Part shown: positions 1-9,159 of the stretch, piece by piece
How the letters are laid out: each line of letters opens with the position of its first letter
Numbering within the stretch: the stretch's first letter is position 1
DNA from: Nanobdellota archaeon
Lineage (GTDB): Archaea > Nanobdellota > Nanobdellia > Pacearchaeales > GW2011-AR1
DNA: 53,098 bases
Assembly: GCA_038045945.1 (NCBI GenBank)
Contig: JBBSXC010000007.1
Location: 1-53,098 of the forward strand
Direction of reading: 5' to 3'
Made by a program: the position numbers and the translations under genes
Notes under the pieces: model-generated
Told to the model about the DNA's origin: nothing
Database searches by the model: none
Seen by the model: only the letters and a program-made list of their open reading frames with translations

Positions 1-1
1 T

Positions 2-166
2 GTTACCCCTTTCTTTCCTTTTATGGATTTAGTTATTGGTTTGAATCTTGCTGGTTATTTGCCTTATCACATTCAGGGGGCTTTTTCTGCTTCTCTTGAT
101 GCTGTTTTACTTATGTTATGGATGATTTATATTGAGTTAAAACACAGAATTAGTAGCTTCATCTAG
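2..166 (+). CDS. 3' end of a probable membrane protein (partial)
   Basis: Frame open from the window edge to TAG at 164-166; hydrophobic translation VTPFFPFMDLVIGLNLAG...LLMLWMIYIELKHRISSFI*. Confidence 0.55.
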   Translation, partial: VTPFFPFMDLVIGLNLAGYLPYHIQGAFSASLDAVLLMLWMIYIELKHRISSFI

Positions 167-171
167 GTTTG

Positions 172-217
172 TTACTATTTACTAGTAACTAAATAGTAAG
201 GTTTATATAGTATTTTT
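172..217 (+). promoter_or_regulatory. Inverted repeat plus TATA box upstream of an orphan ORF
   Basis: TTACTATTTA-N8-TAAATAGTAA (172-199) followed by TTTATATA (202-209), about 22 nt before ATG 231. Confidence 0.5.
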
Positions 218-230
218 GTTTGTTTATGTT

Positions 231-464
231 ATGGTCAATACCGATTATAAGAGTTTTAGAAAAAAGCTTGAGGGCAGCATTAGCTCTATTCCTGAACCAA
301 ACATCAGGATGGCTGAAAATTTTGTTTCCACTTTTGAATCATCCTTAGGTAAGCCCAAAATGTCTGATTTAAGAAAGTATGATGCAGCTATAGATTTCCT
401 TTCTGATAAGGGTGGCTGTTCTGATCGCGACATTGCTAACGTTTTTTATGATTTAGGTATTTAG
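231..464 (+). CDS. Hypothetical protein
   Basis: ORF with a TATA box about 22 nt upstream of ATG 231; no recognisable motif. Confidence 0.6.
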   Translation: MVNTDYKSFRKKLEGSISSIPEPNIRMAENFVSTFESSLGKPKMSDLRKYDAAIDFLSDKGGCSDRDIANVFYDLGI

Positions 465-472
465 TAGCACAA

Positions 473-1273
473 CTAGTTTTTTATTTTTATGTTTATTCTC
501 CACCTGTACTTTCTCGGCGCTATGTCCCCTACTTTTATCACGCTTATTATTTCTGCTTCTCTTCCTTCTTCTCTTATTTCTTTCATTAGCTCCAATACCA
601 TTTTTTCTTTTTCTTCTTCATGACTGAATCCGTGGTAGTGTATTACTGCGTCTTTTTTTGCTACCATTAATGCGTATTTTATGAATGAATCCTGTAGGTT
701 CGGCCTTGCCATTATTATTCTTTGATAATACTCTTTTTTCTTTGCTAGTTTTGGCATTACTTTTTTTACGTCTCCTGGGATTATTTCTACTTTTCCTTCT
801 ACCTTGTTTTTTTTAACGTTTATTTTTGCGTACTTGTTGCATTCTTTTCCTAATTCTACGCTTACTATTTTTTTTATTTCTTTTTTGTTTTTTGCTATTA
901 TTATTGCGTATGGTGCTACTCCTCCGAACATTACTAGGATTTTCTCTTCTGGTTTACATTCTTGCATTAATCTTTTTCTTTCTTCTGATAGGCGGGGCGA
1001 AAAGTAGCATTTTTCTACGTTGAATTTGAATGTACACCCGTTCTCTCTGTATTCTGCTTCTTTTGTTTTTGTTCCCGCTAAGTGTTTTGTTTTTATTGTT
1101 CTTAGGCGTCCGCTTACTTGCCCTATTTTTTCTAGCACTGTGCTGATGTTTTTGTGTCTTTCTATTATTGTTTTTGCTACTTTTTTCTTTTCAGCTAATT
1201 TTTTCCCTCTTGTGGCATCCCTGCCATCTTCAAATTTTATTATTGCTATGTTTCCTACTATATCATAAGTCAT
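473..1273 (-). CDS. Trm5/TYW2 (Met-10+) family SAM-dependent tRNA methyltransferase
   Basis: YDIVGNIAII start; ENGCTFKFNVEKCYFSPRLSEER; SAM motif MFGGVAPY; GDVK. Confidence 0.85.
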   Translation of the reverse strand: MTYDIVGNIAIIKFEDGRDATRGKKLAEKKKVAKTIIERHKNISTVLEKIGQVSGRLRTIKTKHLAGTKTKEAEYRENGCTFKFNVEKCYFSPRLSEERKRLMQECKPEEKILVMFGGVAPYAIIIAKNKKEIKKIVSVELGKECNKYAKINVKKNKVEGKVEIIPGDVKKVMPKLAKKKEYYQRIIMARPNLQDSFIKYALMVAKKDAVIHYHGFSHEEEKEKMVLELMKEIREEGREAEIISVIKVGDIAPRKYRWRINIKIKN

Positions 1274-1304
1274 TATTATTCTAGTAAGAAAAGGTTTATA
1301 AATA

Positions 1305-1354
1305 TTAAAATTTTCTCAAAAAATTTTAAGACCTATAAATCCGAAGGATTTATA
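1305..1354. repeat. Double-hairpin palindromic element, copy 1
   Basis: TTAAAATTTT-ctcaa-AAAATTTTAA (1305-1329) and TATAAATCC-gaa-GGATTTATA (1334-1354), between divergent genes. Confidence 0.7.
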
Positions 1355-1378
1355 AGTTTCCTTAATTTGTGTTTATTC

Positions 1379-1663
1379 ATGAAGAGGTATATTGGTTACT
1401 TATTAATTATTGTTGGTTTCCTTTTTGTTGCTATGGGCTTGTCTTCTTCTAGTGCTGTTATTTCTAATTTTATTCCTTCTTTTGGTGTTCCTTCAATTGT
1501 TACTAATGTTCTTGGTTTAATCTTTATTGTTGTTGGGGTATATTTTTCTTGGTCTAGCAGCAGTAGTGGTGATGTTAAGCATGCTTCTTCTGAAGTTCCT
1601 ATTTATGAGGGCGAGGGCAAGCATAAAAAGATTATAGGTTATAAGAAAGTTGAAAACAAATAG
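1379..1663 (+). CDS. Small two-TM membrane protein
   Basis: Two hydrophobic segments and a C-terminal EVPIYEGEGKHKKIIGY tail; TATA-like ATTTATAA upstream. Confidence 0.75.
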   Translation: MKRYIGYLLIIVGFLFVAMGLSSSSAVISNFIPSFGVPSIVTNVLGLIFIVVGVYFSWSSSSSGDVKHASSEVPIYEGEGKHKKIIGYKKVENK

Positions 1664-1673
1664 TTAAAAATTT

Positions 1674-2462
1674 TTACATTTTCATTAGTGATTTTAGTCT
1701 ACTTCTTAAGTGTGCTACTCTGTGTTCATACTGAGCATCAGTCCATATTCCTGCCAGGTGATCTTTTTCTAATTCCTTTATTTTTTTCTTTATTTCCGCC
1801 TCATAGTCTTCTCTATTCCTGATGTTTAGTTGTTCCATTTGTTGTTTTAACATTATTCTCCTTATTGTTCCATCAGCGAAGAAGAATATTAGCGCTAGTA
1901 GTGCTATGAAGAAATAAACCCAGGATAATGGTCCTACCTCGTCGTATCTGTTAATCCATACTCCTATGAATATTACTGCGTATGCTAACCATAATGTTTT
2001 TCTTAGGACTGTGCTTTCAAATGCGTTTACGAAAAAGAAGAATATTATGAATGGTATTAATGCTGTTATTGCTACTCCTAGAACTGTGTATGATAATTTT
2101 GTAAAGTACACATTCACTACATCAAGGTTATATGTTACTCTTACTGCTAATAATGATACTGCTATTGCTATTATCCATACTATTCCCTTTTTTGGTGTTT
2201 TGTCTTTGTTTTGGAATACTGGGACTCTTATTAGCACAACATAGGTTACTGCTAACACTATTCCTAACATTAGTGTTCTTTCAAATAATTGGTCTGTTGT
2301 TCCTATTAGTATTGATAGTAGTGGCCCGAACATGTCTACAACCCATTGTATTATTTGACTCATTCCTTGCGCGAAGTTTAGGTCGAATGCTAGAACTCTT
2401 GCGGATAGCACTGTGACTATGGTTGTGCTTAATATTCCTAGAATTAGTTTGTTATTCTTCAT
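1674..2462 (-). CDS. Multipass membrane protein, paralog family member 1
   Basis: Signal peptide; several TM segments; SYTVLGVAITALIPF and FFFADGTIR motifs; charged helical C-terminus. Confidence 0.8.
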   Translation of the reverse strand: MKNNKLILGILSTTIVTVLSARVLAFDLNFAQGMSQIIQWVVDMFGPLLSILIGTTDQLFERTLMLGIVLAVTYVVLIRVPVFQNKDKTPKKGIVWIIAIAVSLLAVRVTYNLDVVNVYFTKLSYTVLGVAITALIPFIIFFFFVNAFESTVLRKTLWLAYAVIFIGVWINRYDEVGPLSWVYFFIALLALIFFFADGTIRRIMLKQQMEQLNIRNREDYEAEIKKKIKELEKDHLAGIWTDAQYEHRVAHLRSRLKSLMKM

Positions 2463-2465
2463 TTT

Positions 2466-3356
2466 TTATGCTGGGTGTGGCAGAGTTGGTGGTAGTGCTA
2501 TTCCTAAGGCTGCTGCTTGTCCCGCTAGGTTATTATATATTGTTCTGTAGTGTGTTCCCGTTATTCTTCCAGCCGGGTTAAAGTTGTATCCGCCTGCTCT
2601 TATGTCTGCTTCTAATCTTCTTGCTTCTCTGTTAACTGCTGCTATTCCGTGTGCGTGGCTTAAGTCATGTATTCTTCCTACTTCTGCTCTTCTTAGTGCT
2701 GATTGTATTGTTCCGTCGAATAGGAAGAATGCTAGGCATGCGAATGTTGTTATTAGGTATATCCATGCTGGGTTGAAGTTTCCTCCGGCTGCTGCTCCTA
2801 TTTCGTCAGCTCTCATGAAGTATAGTGATAAGAATACGACTCCTACGAATATCCACCCTATTTTCCTAAATATTCTTTGACAGCTTGTCATTTCGAAGAA
2901 GTAGAATAGTATTAGTAGTGGTATTAGTGATGCTATTGCTATCCCTAATACTGAGTATGGTAGCATTAGTGTTTCTATCCATCCTGGTGACGCTAGTATT
3001 CTTGTTGCTAGTATTGATGTTGCTATTGATACTAGTACTCTTGCCCATGTGTTGTCTCCGAATAATGCTATTGCGTCTACTACCGACCATATTATTGCCA
3101 GAACTACTGAGAAAAATAATATTTTTATGAATAATACCTCACCAGTTGTTAATCCTGCTATTGATGAGAATCCGAAGAATGGTGTTAGTATTGCGCTTAA
3201 GAAGTCTATTATTCCTTGGAATACTCTTTCAAATCCTTGTATGAAACTGTTCGATCCGTAATAATATGTTTGTGCACTAACAACCGACACCATTGTTATC
3301 GTTAATAATAGTAATAATAGTACAAAGTTTCCACCCAACAACCTTTTTTGTTTCAT
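2466..3356 (-). CDS. Multipass membrane protein, paralog family member 2
   Basis: Signal peptide ending VSAQ; GEVLFIK, GWIETLMLPYSVLG and FDGTIQ motifs; ends LPHPA; start placed at ATG 3356. Confidence 0.8.
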   Translation of the reverse strand: MKQKRLLGGNFVLLLLLLTITMVSVVSAQTYYYGSNSFIQGFERVFQGIIDFLSAILTPFFGFSSIAGLTTGEVLFIKILFFSVVLAIIWSVVDAIALFGDNTWARVLVSIATSILATRILASPGWIETLMLPYSVLGIAIASLIPLLILFYFFEMTSCQRIFRKIGWIFVGVVFLSLYFMRADEIGAAAGGNFNPAWIYLITTFACLAFFLFDGTIQSALRRAEVGRIHDLSHAHGIAAVNREARRLEADIRAGGYNFNPAGRITGTHYRTIYNNLAGQAAALGIALPPTLPHPA

Positions 3357-3379
3357 TGAATTTTTTACGACTAAATAGT

Positions 3380-3448
3380 TTAAAAATCCTTCGTATTTAG
3401 GATTTTTAAGCCACAAAATTTCTCAAGAAAATTTTGATGTTTATAAAT
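3380..3448. repeat. Double-hairpin palindromic element, copy 2
   Basis: TTAAAAATCCT-N8-AGGATTTTTAA (3380-3409) and CAAAATTT-ctcaaga-AAATTTTG (3414-3436), then ATGTTTATAAAT. Confidence 0.7.
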
Positions 3449-3522
3449 GCTTCGAGAATATCAGTTTTCCATCGATTAATAAACAGAAAACCTTAGAATT
3501 ATTCTTTAACAAAAGTTTATTT

Positions 3523-4473
3523 TTAAGCTGGGTGGGGTAGTGATGTTACCACGCTTTCAATTCCCGCAGCCTTTGCTCTTCCCTTTAGTGCGTTCCATAG
3601 GGTTTTGTAAATCTTATTTTTAACTTTCCCTGTTGCTGGATCTACAAAGTATGATCCGTTTGTTATTCCGCTTCTTAGTTTTTGTGCTCTTTCAATTATG
3701 TCTTGTTGTTCAACTGCTATTTCTAGTTCATTTGAGTTCTCTAATTCTGCTTGTCTGAATGCGTTTTGTATTGTTTTATCAGCAAATAATAGTACTATTG
3801 ATAACCCTGCTGTTATTAGGTATATTAGCGATGGATTCCAGTATGTACTTCCACCCACTTGTTGTTGTGATATTGCGTCAATAGCATCATATCTTGATAA
3901 GAATAGGAATGTGAATACTACTGCTGCGAATATCCACCCTATTTTTCTCCAAGTTTTTGATGTTATGAACTTTTCAATGAAGTAGAAGTATATTATGAAC
4001 GGTATGAATGCTGTTAATACTATTCCTAGTGCTGAGTATGGTAATAGTATTGTTTCAATCCATCCTGCTGTTAATAAGAATCTTACGCTTAGTATTGATA
4101 CTATTATTCCCACTACTGCAGATAATCCTTTTTTCCCTGAGAACAAGGGTACTGATGATATTAGTATTGAGAAAACTACTATGAATATTAGTGCTGCAAA
4201 TAATGATTTTATGAATAATACCTCCCCAACAGTACTCATTGGGTAACCTGCTCCTCCAACATTTCCCCCAAGTATTTGCGAATCTCCTAGTATTGGTTTT
4301 AGTATTGTGTTAAGGATACTCGTTGTTCCATCCCAAAAGTTTTGGAATGCGTCAGGAAATGATGCTCCCCTTCCGGCGTTAGCACCATAATTAATTTGTG
4401 CGCTTACTAAGAAGGATATTGATAGAATTGCTACTAGAACTGATGTTAAAATAATCCCACCCTTTTTACTCAT
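3523..4473 (-). CDS. Multipass membrane protein, paralog family member 3
   Basis: VSAQ signal peptide; GEVLFIK, GWIETILLPYSALG and FADKTIQ motifs; ends LPHPA; close paralog of 2466-3356. Confidence 0.85.
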   Translation of the reverse strand: MSKKGGIILTSVLVAILSISFLVSAQINYGANAGRGASFPDAFQNFWDGTTSILNTILKPILGDSQILGGNVGGAGYPMSTVGEVLFIKSLFAALIFIVVFSILISSVPLFSGKKGLSAVVGIIVSILSVRFLLTAGWIETILLPYSALGIVLTAFIPFIIYFYFIEKFITSKTWRKIGWIFAAVVFTFLFLSRYDAIDAISQQQVGGSTYWNPSLIYLITAGLSIVLLFADKTIQNAFRQAELENSNELEIAVEQQDIIERAQKLRSGITNGSYFVDPATGKVKNKIYKTLWNALKGRAKAAGIESVVTSLPHPA

Positions 4474-4602
4474 GACATTTCATAATTTGTTTTAGTATAT
4501 AAATGTTTTGAGAATAAGTGTTTTTAACGATTCTACAGTTACGAAAAGTCTAATATTTCTTTTTTTGTTCGTATTAGAATAAACAATTTTTTTGTTTTTA
4601 GT

Positions 4603-4646
4603 AATCACTACTTAGTGATTAAATAGTTAAATTTATATAGTATTTT
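4603..4646 (+). promoter_or_regulatory. Palindrome plus TATA box, closely resembling the 172-217 promoter
   Basis: AATCACTA-ct-TAGTGATT, then AAATAGTTAAATTTATATAGTATTTT. Confidence 0.5.
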
Positions 4647-4660
4647 CCCTTGCTTTATTC

Positions 4661-5053
4661 ATGACATGTATGGATTACCAAGATGTTTCTGTAGCAACAC
4701 CAAGTAATGATTATCTTAGCAGAAGTAAGGCCCTTATATCCGGGGATTATCCCACTTATGCTTCTCTTTGTGATGAACTGGGAGTAAGGCCTGAGGATCC
4801 ATTAGCTTATGAAATTGGTAAAACAGTAATTAATTATCATTCTCAAAGAGCGGCTAATGAAGATTCAAAAATATTAGAAATGTTAGAGTCAGAAGAGAGA
4901 GAAGCTTTAGGAATACCTGCTGCACCAAAATTCCCATCTACTACGGTCCCAAGGGTTAGAAGCTCTAGAAGAGGAGCCATACCTAATGGTTGTGAACCAA
5001 GGAATGACAGACAGAGAAGAGCGTCCGGGGATAAGCCAGGTATAGATTTCTAG
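4661..5053 (+). CDS. Hypothetical protein
   Basis: 130-aa ORF with TATA upstream; Arg-rich, probably disordered C-terminus; weak T skew. Confidence 0.6.
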   Translation: MTCMDYQDVSVATPSNDYLSRSKALISGDYPTYASLCDELGVRPEDPLAYEIGKTVINYHSQRAANEDSKILEMLESEEREALGIPAAPKFPSTTVPRVRSSRRGAIPNGCEPRNDRQRRASGDKPGIDF

Positions 5054-5104
5054 TTTTTTCTTTTTGATGCTAACTTTTATTAATTAACATTCTTGATTAT
5101 ATTT

Positions 5105-6145
5105 ATGGGTTTGCAAATTCGTGATATTATCTCTCGTAAGCAGATTGAGATTAAGGATCTTAAAGATAAAGTTATTTGTATTGATGCTTATAATATTATT
5201 TATCAGTTTCTTTCTACTATTAGGCAGCCTGATGGTACTCCTCTTAAGGATGATAAGGGCAATATTACCAGTCATCTTTCCGGTCTTTTTTATCGTAATA
5301 TTAATCTCTTAGATGATGGATTAAAGCTTGTTTATGTTTTTGATGGTAAGCCTCCCGAGCTTAAGAGTGCTACTAATGCTTCTAGAAAGGAGCATAAGGA
5401 GGATGCTAGGGTTAAGTTTGAGTCTGCTAAGGCTATTGATGATCGGCAGTCAATGGGCAAGTATTCTCGTCAAATGGTTTTTATTAATGAACAAATTGTT
5501 AATGAGAGTAAGGAGTTGTTAACTGCTATGGGTATTGCGGTTATTCAAGCTCCTAGCGAGGGTGAGGCTCAGGCTGCTCATCTTGCTCGTACTAATCCTG
5601 CAGCAGTTTATGCTGTTGGTAGTCAGGATTATGACAGTTTGCTCTTTGGTGCTCCTAGGCTTATTCAAAACTTGACTTTGGCTAATAAGCGTAAAACTGT
5701 TAGTGGTTACGTTGATGTTTCTCCCGAAATTATTGATCTTGATATGGTTCTTAATTCTTTGGAGATTAATCTTGATCAACTTATTTGTATTGGTATTCTT
5801 TGCGGTACTGATTATAATCCTGGCGGAGTTCGAGGTATTGGTCCTAAGAGAGCTTTGCAGATTGTTAAGACTTATAAGCAACCGGTTTTGATTTTTAATT
5901 CTTCGCAAGTTTTGGAAAGGTTTGCGCAGATGCTTTCTGAGGGTAACTCTTTTGATTGGCAGACTATTTTTGAGTTGTTTCATAAGCCCAATGTTGAAAA
6001 CTTCCCTATTGTTTTCCCGGACATTAATCTTGATGAGATTAAGAGGATTCTTCTTAGTAGAGGTTTTTCTTCTGATCGTATTGATAAACAATTATTGAGG
6101 ATTAAGAGACTAGTTAGTGATAGGAAGCAAACAAAATTGTTTTAA
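5105..6145 (+). CDS. fen: Flap endonuclease 1
   Basis: IDAYNIIYQFLSTIRQPDG, VFDGKPP, APSEGEAQA, SQDYDSLLFG, GTDYNPGGVRGIGPK; PIP-like C-terminal QTKLF. Confidence 0.97.
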   Translation: MGLQIRDIISRKQIEIKDLKDKVICIDAYNIIYQFLSTIRQPDGTPLKDDKGNITSHLSGLFYRNINLLDDGLKLVYVFDGKPPELKSATNASRKEHKEDARVKFESAKAIDDRQSMGKYSRQMVFINEQIVNESKELLTAMGIAVIQAPSEGEAQAAHLARTNPAAVYAVGSQDYDSLLFGAPRLIQNLTLANKRKTVSGYVDVSPEIIDLDMVLNSLEINLDQLICIGILCGTDYNPGGVRGIGPKRALQIVKTYKQPVLIFNSSQVLERFAQMLSEGNSFDWQTIFELFHKPNVENFPIVFPDINLDEIKRILLSRGFSSDRIDKQLLRIKRLVSDRKQTKLF

Positions 6146-6182
6146 AGAAAGTAATATAAATGTTGGTTAACAAGTCTTATTT

Positions 6183-6704
6183 ATGAATAAGAGGTTTACA
6201 CTAGTTTTTTTGTTAGCTTTAGTTCTTTCTTTGTTTATTGTTTCAGCTCAAAACAATAATGCGAGTAATTTTTCTCAAGGTCTTTCTGAAATATTTTCGG
6301 ATAATTCTCCCCTTAGCTTTCTCGTGATTTATTTTGCTGTTAGAATACTGGCTTTCATATTCATTTTTCATATGTTAGCTTTTGTTCCTTATTTTAAGAA
6401 TATAATTATAAGGTTTATTGTTTCAATAGTTGTTACCGGACTTATTTCTTTATCTGGCGGTTTTGTTTTAATTGTTGGATTATTACAGTCTTTTAGCGAG
6501 TTGGTTCTGAAGATTACTAGTATTGATAGTTATGCTGCCGGTTTCATCATCGTTCTTACCCTAGTTGCTGCTTTTCTTTACTTAATCATTCATTTTTCTA
6601 ACAAGTTCTTTTTGGAGAGTGTTCTTGATAAGACTGAGAATGATTCTACTTCTGCCGGTTTAAAGATTGCTGCCTTAAAGAAGATGTTTGATAATAAAAG
6701 ATAA
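6183..6704 (+). CDS. Membrane protein with signal peptide
   Basis: Signal peptide ending VSAQ; about 3 TM segments; FVPYF motif reminiscent of the neighbouring paralogs. Confidence 0.75.
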   Translation: MNKRFTLVFLLALVLSLFIVSAQNNNASNFSQGLSEIFSDNSPLSFLVIYFAVRILAFIFIFHMLAFVPYFKNIIIRFIVSIVVTGLISLSGGFVLIVGLLQSFSELVLKITSIDSYAAGFIIVLTLVAAFLYLIIHFSNKFFLESVLDKTENDSTSAGLKIAALKKMFDNKR

Positions 6705-6709
6705 GAGTT

Positions 6710-7387
6710 TTATTTGTCTAATGCTTTCATTCCTTTTTGTAATCCTTCTGCTGTTCTTTTTATAATCATTCTGTCACTTTCTGTTTCTTGAGCTTTCTTT
6801 GCTTCTTTCTTTCCTTCTAAGTTTCCACTTAACTTTTTGTTTAGGTAGCTTATTAATAATAATACAGCAGCTATTATTGCTGCTACTATTAGTCTTACTA
6901 TCAATGCTTCTGGTTTGAATACTAAGTATTCTATTAAGTATGCTATTCCTCTGTATAACCCTATTTGCGCTAGTATTATTGTTGCAAGTATTGCTGATAA
7001 AACAAGATATATCTTTTTCATTTCAAATGCTGACTTTGTTACCGAGTATATTTCTTTCATGAAATAAACCCATAATATTATTACTATTAAGAATTCTAGT
7101 GTTACGCTGAAGGGTTGTGCAAAGATTATTTTGAATACTAGAGAGTTTTTTTCTAGCCAATCATTCATTTTTGCTAGTTTTGGGTTTTGTAGCATTACTT
7201 TTTTGAATTCTTGCGATAAGTAGTCTCCCGGGCTTTGCGAGCCTTCTATTTTTTGGTTTATGTCTTGTGCTTTTTGTCCTAAACCTATTGCTAGTTGTGC
7301 TTCTGGCGGCACTTCCTGCGCGTTTACACTCAGGATTAGTGGTGCTATTAATAATATCAGAATTATTATCGCTAGCTCTTTTTTCAT
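6710..7387 (-). CDS. Membrane protein with signal peptide
   Basis: Signal peptide ending VNAQ; 3 TM segments; charged helical tail. Confidence 0.78.
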   Translation of the reverse strand: MKKELAIIILILLIAPLILSVNAQEVPPEAQLAIGLGQKAQDINQKIEGSQSPGDYLSQEFKKVMLQNPKLAKMNDWLEKNSLVFKIIFAQPFSVTLEFLIVIILWVYFMKEIYSVTKSAFEMKKIYLVLSAILATIILAQIGLYRGIAYLIEYLVFKPEALIVRLIVAAIIAAVLLLISYLNKKLSGNLEGKKEAKKAQETESDRMIIKRTAEGLQKGMKALDK

Positions 7388-7429
7388 GATTTAGAATTAT
7401 TTTTTCTCTTTATATAATTTGGGTCTTTA

Positions 7430-8173
7430 TCAATCAAACCCTTCTTTTTTACTTTCTAATCTTTTCAATCTCTCTTCCTCTACTTGTTGTAATAGGTTTA
7501 GTCTTCTTACTTTGTTTTCTACTAAAGTTTTTTCTGCTTCGAATCCTTGTTTTGCTAAGAATCCCATTATTTGTCCTTGTAAAAATAAGAATGTTAGGGA
7601 TAATATTATGATTATTAGGTACGCTAAGTATCCTCCTGCTTCTATCTTATCGTTTGAATATCCTGATACTAATTTGTATACTATGAATCCTATGAATCCT
7701 AACCATAAGATATAGCTTAATAATATACTGTTTTTTTCTGCTTTTCTTCTTGCTTCTACTGTAAAGAATATTAGTAATAAGAGAGGCACTACTCCTCCTA
7801 GCACCATCCCCATCGAGCTATAACTTACTAGTGTTAGTTGAATGTCTTCTGGCGTTAGGTACGCTGTTGCTAAGAATGATACTATGACTGCTAGTGCAAA
7901 CCTTAATATTTTGTTTCCAAATTTTTCTCCATTTGCTCCAAATAATGGTAGCATTCCCACTAGAGGGTATATGAATAAGAATACTAAAATGGCGAATAAG
8001 TATTTTGCTATAACAGGACTAAACTGCCCTAATTCCCAGTCCACTAATGCTTTTTTAGTTTTATCAACAACTTTTTCAGCACTTTTTTCTTGGGCTATTG
8101 TTATTGCTGTAAAGCTTAGTATTATTAGAGCAATGGTTAAGTAAGTAAGAAATTTTTTTGAACCTTTTTTCAT
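7430..8173 (-). CDS. Multipass membrane protein, paralog family member 4
   Basis: IAKYLF, FLATAYLTPEDI and LVSYSSMGMVLGGVVP motifs; coiled-coil-like tail. Confidence 0.8.
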   Translation of the reverse strand: MKKGSKKFLTYLTIALIILSFTAITIAQEKSAEKVVDKTKKALVDWELGQFSPVIAKYLFAILVFLFIYPLVGMLPLFGANGEKFGNKILRFALAVIVSFLATAYLTPEDIQLTLVSYSSMGMVLGGVVPLLLLIFFTVEARRKAEKNSILLSYILWLGFIGFIVYKLVSGYSNDKIEAGGYLAYLIIIILSLTFLFLQGQIMGFLAKQGFEAEKTLVENKVRRLNLLQQVEEERLKRLESKKEGFD

Positions 8174-8229
8174 TATGAAAAGTTGTTATTAGAAGTTTAT
8201 AAAAGTTTAGTAAAAAAATAATTAAGATT

Positions 8230-9027
8230 TTAAGAACTTACACCTAGTATCTTGTTTGCTCTGTCTCTTAGCGCCTTAGTCTTCTCATCGTATGTTGCTA
8301 GCGCTGCCCCAGTAAGCCCTCTTGGCCTGTCCCTATCTCTTCTTTCTGCTTCGCCTAGAAGTGATGACGCCAAATCTTTTCTTTCACTTTCTGTAGCTTG
8401 GTTTATTTCTGCCCTGAATAGAGCTCTCATAATCTTTCTTTGGAAAAATATGAATATTAGCGATACTGCTATGATTATCAAATATATGTAATACATCCAT
8501 TCCTGACCTTCCGGAGCATTTTTCATAGTGTCCCATGTTCTCCATGCTAAGAATCCTATGTATCCAATCCAGATAACGTAACTTACTATTAAACCTCCAA
8601 CACCATTTTCTTCCTTTCTCATCTCCACGCTAAAGAATACTAATAATATGAACGGTATTATCCCACCAAGCAATAACCCAAAGGCTCCGTATGATACTAA
8701 TGCCACTTTTATTTCTTCAGGAACTAAGTATGCTGTCGCTAAGAATCCAACTATTAGGGAGAAGATGAATTTTACCACTCTGTGCATATTCTTTATTACT
8801 GGCACAAATTTTACTATCTCATATATCATAACAACCAATAAAAATAAGAATAACCACTTTGCAACACCCACACTTAGATTACCAGATTGCCAACCAGTAA
8901 ACATATCCTTAATTGGATCCCATATTTTTTGTGCTGTGCTTTGTGCTGACACTAAACTTGTTAAGAATATTGATGTTAAAGATAAAACTAGTATTAGTGC
9001 TAAAATCCCTTTTCCACCAGTTTTCAT
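8230..9027 (-). CDS. Multipass membrane protein, paralog family member 5
   Basis: VSAQ signal; VAKWLF, FLATAYLVPEEI and LVSYGAFGLLLGGIIP motifs; close paralog of 7430-8173; start placed at ATG 9027. Confidence 0.8.
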   Translation of the reverse strand: MKTGGKGILALILVLSLTSIFLTSLVSAQSTAQKIWDPIKDMFTGWQSGNLSVGVAKWLFLFLLVVMIYEIVKFVPVIKNMHRVVKFIFSLIVGFLATAYLVPEEIKVALVSYGAFGLLLGGIIPFILLVFFSVEMRKEENGVGGLIVSYVIWIGYIGFLAWRTWDTMKNAPEGQEWMYYIYLIIIAVSLIFIFFQRKIMRALFRAEINQATESERKDLASSLLGEAERRDRDRPRGLTGAALATYDEKTKALRDRANKILGVSS

Positions 9028-9159
9028 GATTTCCTCAAAACTTTGTTCTTTATAAATATTTCGCAATTTTTGGCTCAATTGAAAAAAGAAAAATTATTTT
9101 TTTTGTGCTCCATTACTACTCGTATTAAGATATAAAAAGTCTTTTTGTGTTTGTTTTTT

